From an uncultured Gammaproteobacteria bacterium (GTDB taxonomy: Bacteria > Patescibacteriota > Microgenomatia > CAZETR01 > Amesbacteraceae), in assembly GCA_964543035.1 (NCBI GenBank), contig CAZIVL010000001.1, positions 433,736-489,034 of the forward strand: 55,299 nucleotides of DNA. Direction: 5' to 3'. How positions within the stretch are numbered: the first letter of the stretch is position 1; each line of letters begins with the position of its first letter. The notes beneath the pieces are model-generated. The model had not been told where the DNA came from, did no database searches, and worked only from the letters and a program-made list of their open reading frames with translations. Positions 48,757 through 55,299 of this stretch are shown in pieces. Both the position numbers and the translations under genes were made by a program.

Positions 48757-50583
48757 ATGCAAATACTTATTCCTGACTCATGGTTGAGAGAGTATCTGGA
48801 GACAGATGCTACTCCTCATGATATCCAAAAAGCCTTATCTCTCTGTGGTCCATCTATTGAGAGGCTCCATGAATCCAATGGAGATTATATATATGACATA
48901 GAAGTTACGACCAACCGGGTAGATTGCATGTCCATTTATGGCATCGCCCGCGAAGCAGCCGCCATCTTGCCCCACTTTGGCCACACAGCCAAATTATTGT
49001 GTGACCCTTTTGAGACCAAAATTTCGTTCAAAACCAGTCCCACGGTCGATTATCTAAAGGCGGTAGTAGATCCTGCTCTCTGTCCCAGATTTAGCGCTAT
49101 TTTGATAAAAAATGTAAGACTCGGTCCTTCCCCAGACTGGGTCATAAAAAAGCTAGAAGCAGTCGGCATGCGCGGCCTAAACAATGTAGTCGACATTAGC
49201 AATCTTCTGATGCACGAATTGGGTCAACCTGTTCACACTTTTGATTACGACAAGGTCCAAGGACACACCATGACTCTTCGCGAAAGCAAAGCCGGGGAGT
49301 CAGTAACTACATTGGATGGCAAAAAACATACTCTTTCGGGCCACGACATAGTCATTGCTGATAGCAGCAAAAGATTGATCGATCTTTGCGGCATCATGGG
49401 AGGCCTAGATTCAGCAGTTGATGACCAGACCAAAAATGTCTTGCTCTTTGTCCAGACATATGAGCCCGTCCACATTCGAAAAACTTCCATGGGTCTCTCT
49501 CACAGGACTAGTGCTGCAGTTCTTTTTGAAAAAGGGTTGTATGTCGAAAGTGTATTACCCACTATGGAAAAGGCACTTCAATTATTCAAAGAGCTTACAG
49601 GTGGTACGCCAGAAAAGTTGGCCCTCGATATCTATTCCGAGCTACCCCACACCGAAAAGGTGACTCTTTCCGAAAGTCTGATTTCTTCTCACTTGGGGAT
49701 TTCTCTCAGCCTTTCTGAGATTACCGGGATTCTATATAGTCTAGGTTTCCACAAAAATCATGTTCCCTGGTGGAGAAAAAACGATATCCAGATCCCAGAA
49801 GATCTCGTAGAGGAGGTTGCTCGCATTTATGGGTATCACAATCTACCATCTCAGCTTATGACTGGCGCTTTGCCTACCAACAGACCCAACGATTCAGAAT
49901 TTTATTGGGTGGGCAAGATCAAGCAAGCTCTCAAGTATTGGGGCTTCACTGAAACCTATACATGCTCTCTAGTAGAGAATGACCTAAATGGTCTCAAGCT
50001 AAAAAACCCTCTCTCATCAGAATGGGCTTATCTGCGTACCAACCTCGCAGATTCTCATCAAAAAATTATTTCCGAAAATAGAGGTCGCGTACCCGAGCTC
50101 AACTTATTTGAGATCGCCAATGTATACAGTCCTGTTAAAAACGGACTGCCAAAAGAAAACCTTCATCTAATTCTTTGTACTACAAATACAGATGTATCTC
50201 GTCTAAAGGGGATCGTAACTAGCTTGTTACAAGATTTACTTGGTCTTTCCCCGACAGACATCCAGATTTCATTTCTCAATTCCACACTCGTATATGAAAC
50301 AGATCTTTCAGATTTGTTGACGAAAGCCACAAGTATCAAAAAATTCACTCCTATCTCACCTTATCAATCGGTCATTGAGGATCTCAATGTTACTTTGTCT
50401 TCCAGTTACGATGACTTGATAAAAAAGATTTACAAAACCAGTCCTCTGATAAAACAGATTGATCTGATCGATAAATACGAAAATAGATTAACTCTTCGTA
50501 TCACATATCATGATGAAAAAAGGCAGCTTTCCAAAGAAGATATCGCCCCAATCCGCGCAAAACTAGAAGTCCTGGTTGACTGA
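48757..50583 (+). CDS. pheT: phenylalanine--tRNA ligase beta subunit (short, no N-terminal tRNA-binding domain)
   Basis: B3/4 domain (TNRVDCMSIYGIAREAA), B5 domain, and a C-terminal FDX-ACB-like region. 608 aa. Confidence 0.9.
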   Translation: MQILIPDSWLREYLETDATPHDIQKALSLCGPSIERLHESNGDYIYDIEVTTNRVDCMSIYGIAREAAAILPHFGHTAKLLCDPFETKISFKTSPTVDYLKAVVDPALCPRFSAILIKNVRLGPSPDWVIKKLEAVGMRGLNNVVDISNLLMHELGQPVHTFDYDKVQGHTMTLRESKAGESVTTLDGKKHTLSGHDIVIADSSKRLIDLCGIMGGLDSAVDDQTKNVLLFVQTYEPVHIRKTSMGLSHRTSAAVLFEKGLYVESVLPTMEKALQLFKELTGGTPEKLALDIYSELPHTEKVTLSESLISSHLGISLSLSEITGILYSLGFHKNHVPWWRKNDIQIPEDLVEEVARIYGYHNLPSQLMTGALPTNRPNDSEFYWVGKIKQALKYWGFTETYTCSLVENDLNGLKLKNPLSSEWAYLRTNLADSHQKIISENRGRVPELNLFEIANVYSPVKNGLPKENLHLILCTTNTDVSRLKGIVTSLLQDLLGLSPTDIQISFLNSTLVYETDLSDLLTKATSIKKFTPISPYQSVIEDLNVTLSSSYDDLIKKIYKTSPLIKQIDLIDKYENRLTLRITYHDEKRQLSKEDIAPIRAKLEVLVD

Positions 50584-53061
50584 AAACTCTACATATCTAG
50601 ACCCATCTTGTCCTTTTTCGTTATAAGCCTTCACATCTATTTTATGCTTGCCATCTGTCACCCCAGTAAATGTGATCTCCCAGGGCTTATCAGAAAAAGT
50701 CTGTTTTAGAGTTCCATCGAGATAGATTTCCACCTTAGTAATCTTGCTGACATCTGTTACATCCACTTTTACATACACGTCACTTCCATTTATTCGTGAT
50801 CTGTCACTGGGGGACTGAATAGTAATCCAAACTGAGTTTGTACTCCCACAAAACTCGGTTGGTGGATGATATTTTGGATCTGCCTGTTCAGAAAGCCAAG
50901 CGTTTATTCCTTCTTGCCACTTATTCACTCCGTTGTGCTGGGCCAAAAATGGATCATTTTCAGAAAAATACCAGGCTTCTTTCTCTTCATAATTATTACT
51001 TGCCACATCCGCCACGGTCGCGAGCTTTCCCTCCCCCTTACACACTTTGATTTTTTTGTGAATTGGATCATCTCCCACGGGCTCAGTGCCAGCGGCAAAA
51101 TACTCCTTCCTACTTTCATAACCATCATGGGCCGGATATCCAGAGTATTTGTCCACATCCATTTCCACCATACCATCTGGCTTTACAAATTCTTCTTTGG
51201 GATCATCTTTATATGCCGCTTGTATCACTTTTTTCCAAATTGGAGCGGCACCTGTAATACCAGAGGCCACTCCAGTCATAATCGAATTGTCATTATTTCC
51301 CACCCACACACCCACCAAAACCGAGGGTGTCCACCCGATTGTCCAGTTATCTCTTTTGTCATTGGTCGTTCCAGTCTTTACCGCCACTTGACGGTCAGTA
51401 ATATTTATCGAAGCCAATGGACCAAAAGTGATACTTCTGGCCGATTGATCGGAAAGAATCGAAGAAATAATAAAGGCCTCCTGAGGAGTCAATACTTGTC
51501 TTCCAAGAGATGGCTTATGTTCTTCCAATACATTGCCCTCCGAGTCAGTGACTTTAAGTATCGATATAGGTTCTACTTTTTTGCCTCCATTGGCAAATGC
51601 CGAATAGGCAGAAGAGAGTTCCACTAGTCTCACTTCTCCACCTCCCAATGTCACAGACAGCCCCACCCGTTTCATCAAAGCATCAGTAGGTTCCAGAGTA
51701 CTAAGACCCATATCATATGCCGTCTGCAACATGTTCTTTATCCCCACCAGAGACAGCATCTTTACAGCTGGAATATTCAAAGAATTTCCCAATGCATCTC
51801 GGACTGTAACTGGCCCACGAAACTTTAGATCATAATTTTCCGGCACATACTCAGGCTTGTCACCGCCTGGAAACACCGTTTTCGTATCCATAAGCATGGT
51901 GGCAGCCGTATATCCTTTTCTAAGACCAGCCAGATATGTAACCGGTTTAATAGTCGATCCAGGTTGGCGAAGTGCAGTCGCCACATTGTATTTCCCATCA
52001 TAGTCAGGGTCTTCCCATCCCCGAGACCCCACCATCGATAGTATCTCTCCTGTTTTCGGATCAATTACAACTACTGCTCCGTTGGTAATTTTCAGATACT
52101 TAACCTTGTTTATCTCTTCTGTCACCGTTTTTTGGGCCAGCTCATGCAAATCCAAATCGAGCGTTGTAGTTACTCGCAGTCCTCCCGTCTCCACTACCTT
52201 CTCCCCATAGCTCTCAATTAGCTTTTGTCTGACATAGAATACAAAATGTGGAGCCTTAAGTAGCCCCGACTGAGTGGCTATCTCTATTTTTCCCACCTGC
52301 TCCCGAGCTTCTGCTTCCTGATCTTTTGTAATATATCCGTCTTCTCGCATGCGTCGCAGCACCTCCTGCGCTCTTCCTACATACAGATCTCCCACATAAG
52401 GGGAGTAACGAGTCGGGGACTGTGGTAGTCCTGCTAGTATCGCAGCTTCTGGCAAATTGACTTCAGAGATTGGTTTTCCAAAATACATTTCAGACGCCGC
52501 TTCTACTCCCCACGCAGTCCCTCCATAAGGATTCTCATTTAGATACATTTGGAGTATGGTGTCCTTGCTGTATTTCCTCTCGACTTGGATAGCAAGTATA
52601 AACTCCTTAAGTTTTCGAATCGGAGTCCTGCGATTGTCCAAAAGGGTATTTTTTACCAACTGTTGCGTCAGAGTCGACCCTCCCACTACCCGCCCGTTTC
52701 TAAATACATAGTTGTATACGATCCTAAATGGGGTCAGAGGGTCAAAGCCACCGTGTTTATAAAAATCCTTATCCTCGATGGCCACCGTCGCCTGTCGCAG
52801 TACAATCGGAATTACAGATAGATCAACTGGTGTTCTTCTCTGGTCAGAAAATACATCGTACAACAGTTTGCCATTTCGATCATAAATTTTGGTAGCAAAT
52901 CCATCTCTTCGGACTACTCGATCAGGCGTTGGCAAATCGCGAGCAAAATAAGCAAATACCACCAGCACAAAAACGATTCCAAATATCGCTCCAAAAAAAG
53001 ATATATAAGCGAGCCTCAAAAGCAGTCTTGCCTTTGCAGTTCGCCTGGAAAGCCTTATCAT
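50563..53061 (-). CDS. class A penicillin-binding protein (PBP1A family: glycosyltransferase 51 + transpeptidase) with a C-terminal Ig-like domain
   Basis: GT51 motifs AIEDKDFYKHGG and GGSTLTQQLVKN. Transpeptidase motifs are QPGSTIKP (SxxK) and KTGTTND. A beta-rich C-terminal tail is present. Confidence 0.9.
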   Translation of the reverse strand: MIRLSRRTAKARLLLRLAYISFFGAIFGIVFVLVVFAYFARDLPTPDRVVRRDGFATKIYDRNGKLLYDVFSDQRRTPVDLSVIPIVLRQATVAIEDKDFYKHGGFDPLTPFRIVYNYVFRNGRVVGGSTLTQQLVKNTLLDNRRTPIRKLKEFILAIQVERKYSKDTILQMYLNENPYGGTAWGVEAASEMYFGKPISEVNLPEAAILAGLPQSPTRYSPYVGDLYVGRAQEVLRRMREDGYITKDQEAEAREQVGKIEIATQSGLLKAPHFVFYVRQKLIESYGEKVVETGGLRVTTTLDLDLHELAQKTVTEEINKVKYLKITNGAVVVIDPKTGEILSMVGSRGWEDPDYDGKYNVATALRQPGSTIKPVTYLAGLRKGYTAATMLMDTKTVFPGGDKPEYVPENYDLKFRGPVTVRDALGNSLNIPAVKMLSLVGIKNMLQTAYDMGLSTLEPTDALMKRVGLSVTLGGGEVRLVELSSAYSAFANGGKKVEPISILKVTDSEGNVLEEHKPSLGRQVLTPQEAFIISSILSDQSARSITFGPLASINITDRQVAVKTGTTNDKRDNWTIGWTPSVLVGVWVGNNDNSIMTGVASGITGAAPIWKKVIQAAYKDDPKEEFVKPDGMVEMDVDKYSGYPAHDGYESRKEYFAAGTEPVGDDPIHKKIKVCKGEGKLATVADVASNNYEEKEAWYFSENDPFLAQHNGVNKWQEGINAWLSEQADPKYHPPTEFCGSTNSVWITIQSPSDRSRINGSDVYVKVDVTDVSKITKVEIYLDGTLKQTFSDKPWEITFTGVTDGKHKIDVKAYNEKGQDGSRYVEFSVNQDF

Positions 53062-53082
53062 GATGGAATATAATCATACTTC

Positions 53083-53187
53083 ATGAGCAGATCCAATCGC
53101 AAACACCGGATACTAACCGCAATAGTGGTCATTGTAAGTGGCTTAGCACTTCTCGCAGGATCCATTCTTCCATATCTATCTTTTTAG
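53083..53187 (+). CDS. possible small membrane protein (34 aa); not in the ORF track
   Basis: MSRSNRKHRILTAIVVIVSGLALLAGSILPYLSF, ending 1 nt before the recG ATG. Weak evidence. Confidence 0.25.
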   Translation: MSRSNRKHRILTAIVVIVSGLALLAGSILPYLSF

Positions 53188-53188
53188 A

Positions 53189-55225
53189 ATGCAACTCTCA
53201 GACGAGATTACAAAGGTATCAGGAATTGGGCCCATCATGGCCACAAAACTAGGCAAGCTGGGCATCTTCACAGTTTTTGATCTTCTTTATCACATCCCAT
53301 TTCGTTACGAAGATCGCAGTTTAATAAAAAATATTCACGACCTACGAGTAGGGGATACGGCTACGGTAATTGGGACTATCGAGTCTATTGCAAATGTAAC
53401 GACAAAAAAAGGCAAACCCATACAAGTAGCCAGTGTCTCTGATGCCACAGGCAAACTCGCGGTCTACTGGTTCAATCAGACATTTTTAGTCCGAATGTTA
53501 AAGAAAGGTATGACTCTGGCATTTTTTGGAAAAATGGATTTCATGGGTCGGACTCCCGCCCTCATCTCACCAGACTATGAATTAATTAGTCATCCTGCTC
53601 GCGAAGCGCGAACCGATGAGGCTCCACGTAGTGAAGGATCCAGTACAAATGTTGGCCGCATTATTCCTATTTATTCCGAAACCAGTGGTCTTTCTTCAAA
53701 ATGGCTCAGATCAAAAATTTATCCGTTACTACAAACATTGTCAGAGGCAGATCCCTATCCAAATTATCCCGAGCTACCCCACTGGAAAGAATCCCTAATC
53801 AATATCCATTTTCCAAATACTTTATACATGATACAAAATACTTCATACAAAAAACGCCTCGCTTTTGACGAGCTCCTCATTCTCCAGCTCGAGGCCCAAA
53901 ATAATCGAGCAGTGTGGCAAAAGACCAAACTTTCTCACACTTTTCATATCGATAGCTCCAAGATAAATCAATTCATAAACACGCTTCCTTTTACACTCAC
54001 CACTTCACAGATAAAGGCCACAGGAGAAATTATTTCCGATCTGGCCAAACCCACTCCCATGAACAGATTGTTGGAAGGAGATGTAGGTTCAGGAAAAACA
54101 GTAGTTGCTGCAACTGCTGCATATATCTCCTATTTAAATGGCTTTCAGACAGCAATTCTTGCCCCCACTCAGATTCTCGCGCAGCAACACTACGAAACAA
54201 TTTTAAAATTATTTCCAGATTTACAAATCGGATTAATAACGGCAAATAAAAAGTTAAATATTAAACACTCAACATTAAACATTTTGATTGGCACCCACTC
54301 ACTTCTTTCAAACTTAGACTTGTTAGACAAAGTTGGACTTGTAGTCATAGACGAACAACATCGCTTTGGCGTAGCTCAGAGAGCCACCGCCGCAAAAATT
54401 GGCAAGTCACCCCATATTCTGACTATGACCGCCACTCCGATACCACGTAGCATGGCACTCACCTTATACGGAGATCTTTCTCTCTCAACATTAGATGAGG
54501 TACCAAAAAACAGACTTCCCATAAAAACCTGGGTCGTCCCCGAGTCCAAGCGCGATTCAATGTATAACTGGATAATTGATCAACTGGGAAACTATAAATC
54601 ACAGGTCTTTTGGGTTTGTCCTCTAATAGAGGATAGTACGAGTGAGACCCTAACTGATGTCAAAGCCGTGACTTCAGAATTCAATAAATTAAAGTCAGTT
54701 TTCCCAAATCACAAGCTCGGTCTGTTACACGGAAAATTAAAATCGACAGAAAAAGACCAGGTCCTAGAAAAATTCAAATCAGGTGAGACTGATATATTAG
54801 TTACCACCCCGGTCGTCGAGGTTGGTATCGACATCCCAGGTGCTACCATTATGGTTATTGAGGCCGCCAACCGCTTTGGCCTGGCTCAACTACATCAGCT
54901 CAGGGGTCGCGTAGGCAGGGCAGCCACGCAGTCTTATTGCTTACTATTTTCCACTCAAGAAGACTCACCTCGTCTCAAACATCTAGAATCAAAGTCCTCA
55001 GGTCATGCTCTTGCTGAGCTGGATCTGACTATCCGAGGGTCAGGCAATATCTTTGGCACTAGCCAGCACGGCCTACCCCAGCTTAGAGTCGCAGATTACA
55101 GTGACTTGGACCTAGTTACAAAGGCCAGGGATTACGCCCAAAAACTATATCCAGATCTCCCAAATTACCCCGTATTGCAGTCTCTGGTTAAAAAAGTTAA
55201 AATGACAACGATTATTAACAATTAG
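53189..55225 (+). CDS. recG: ATP-dependent DNA helicase RecG
   Basis: Wedge/OB N-terminus. Helicase motifs are GDVGSGKTVVA, VVIDEQHRFG, MTATPIPRS and QLRGRVGR. It carries an in-frame repeat-derived insert at 53589-53646. Confidence 0.95.
   Translation: MQLSDEITKVSGIGPIMATKLGKLGIFTVFDLLYHIPFRYEDRSLIKNIHDLRVGDTATVIGTIESIANVTTKKGKPIQVASVSDATGKLAVYWFNQTFLVRMLKKGMTLAFFGKMDFMGRTPALISPDYELISHPAREARTDEAPRSEGSSTNVGRIIPIYSETSGLSSKWLRSKIYPLLQTLSEADPYPNYPELPHWKESLINIHFPNTLYMIQNTSYKKRLAFDELLILQLEAQNNRAVWQKTKLSHTFHIDSSKINQFINTLPFTLTTSQIKATGEIISDLAKPTPMNRLLEGDVGSGKTVVAATAAYISYLNGFQTAILAPTQILAQQHYETILKLFPDLQIGLITANKKLNIKHSTLNILIGTHSLLSNLDLLDKVGLVVIDEQHRFGVAQRATAAKIGKSPHILTMTATPIPRSMALTLYGDLSLSTLDEVPKNRLPIKTWVVPESKRDSMYNWIIDQLGNYKSQVFWVCPLIEDSTSETLTDVKAVTSEFNKLKSVFPNHKLGLLHGKLKSTEKDQVLEKFKSGETDILVTTPVVEVGIDIPGATIMVIEAANRFGLAQLHQLRGRVGRAATQSYCLLFSTQEDSPRLKHLESKSSGHALAELDLTIRGSGNIFGTSQHGLPQLRVADYSDLDLVTKARDYAQKLYPDLPNYPVLQSLVKKVKMTTIINN
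53589..53646. repeat. Repeat family GTCATCCTG..GAAGGATCC, copy 4, in-frame inside recG
   Basis: gtcatcctg-[ctcgcgaagcgcgaaccgatgaggctccac]-gtagtgaaggatccagtac. Its ends match copy 1 (gtcatcctgaacgca-gtgaaggatccagtac). It is translated as SHPAREARTDEAPRSEGSST. Confidence 0.75.
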
Positions 55226-55226
55226 T

Positions 55227-55255
55227 TGTCATCCTGAGCTTGCCGAAGGATCCAC
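55227..55255. repeat. Repeat family GTCATCCTGAGC..GAAGGATCC, copy 5 (single arm), just after the recG stop
   Basis: tgtcatcctgagcttgccgaaggatccac. Confidence 0.7.
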
Positions 55256-55299
55256 TTTTTTGAATTTATGACTCCACTACCCAAGAGACGATGGTCAAC

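Noticed and set aside
50866-51627. 253-aa plus-strand ORF and other ORFs antisense to the PBP gene
   Set aside because: These are shadow ORFs inside a gene with unambiguous GT51 and transpeptidase motifs.
1-55299. CRISPR arrays, rRNA genes, transposases, integrases and prophage genes
   Set aside because: I saw no regularly spaced direct repeats, no rRNA-like segments, and no ORF with transposase or integrase motifs (DDE, tyrosine or serine recombinase) on either strand. This is an absence of evidence from reading by eye only.

Overview
This 55.3 kb chromosomal segment comes from a moderately AT-rich, small-genome bacterium that uses the standard genetic code. Domain-minimised housekeeping proteins, pseudopilin genes, PT-linker exoproteins and dense tRNA arrays suggest a Patescibacteria/CPR-like organism, but this is inference only.

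Backbone genes: PIG-L deacetylase, short uvrC, secG, a family-5 SBP, hsp20 behind a CIRCE operator, obg, ABC-F, msrA/msrB/DsbA, a pseudopilin+vWA locus divergent from two PT-linker exo-hydrolases, dinB, a PPIase-less trigger factor, pheA, nfo, the conserved thrS-infC-rpmI-rplT-pheS-pheT block, a class A PBP and recG. I also folded 15 tRNA genes by hand.

The stand-out region is about 7.7-12.5 kb.
- Two visibly GC-richer secreted-protein genes lie on the minus strand. Each is followed immediately by a 370-430 nt non-coding element.
- The two element copies share architecture, with compensatory base-pair changes in at least four helices.
- A complete type III hammerhead ribozyme core (9195-9266, minus) sits between the two cassettes.
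- A 47-aa basic ORF that is absent from the ORF track is translationally coupled to the larger gene.
- I consider this a candidate undescribed structured-RNA/ribozyme-punctuated cassette system.

Other observations:
- A GTCATCCTGAGC...GAAGGATCC palindromic repeat family, including one in-frame copy inside recG.
- A frameshifted chorismate mutase domain at an A6 run in pheA.
- tRNA fragment duplications in a tRNA array.
- Two tRNA-Gly genes abutting ATG start codons, implying leaderless mRNAs.
- An orphan TraD/VirD4-like ATPase flanked by small coiled-coil proteins.

All calls rest on reading the sequence and remembered family signatures. No database search was run.
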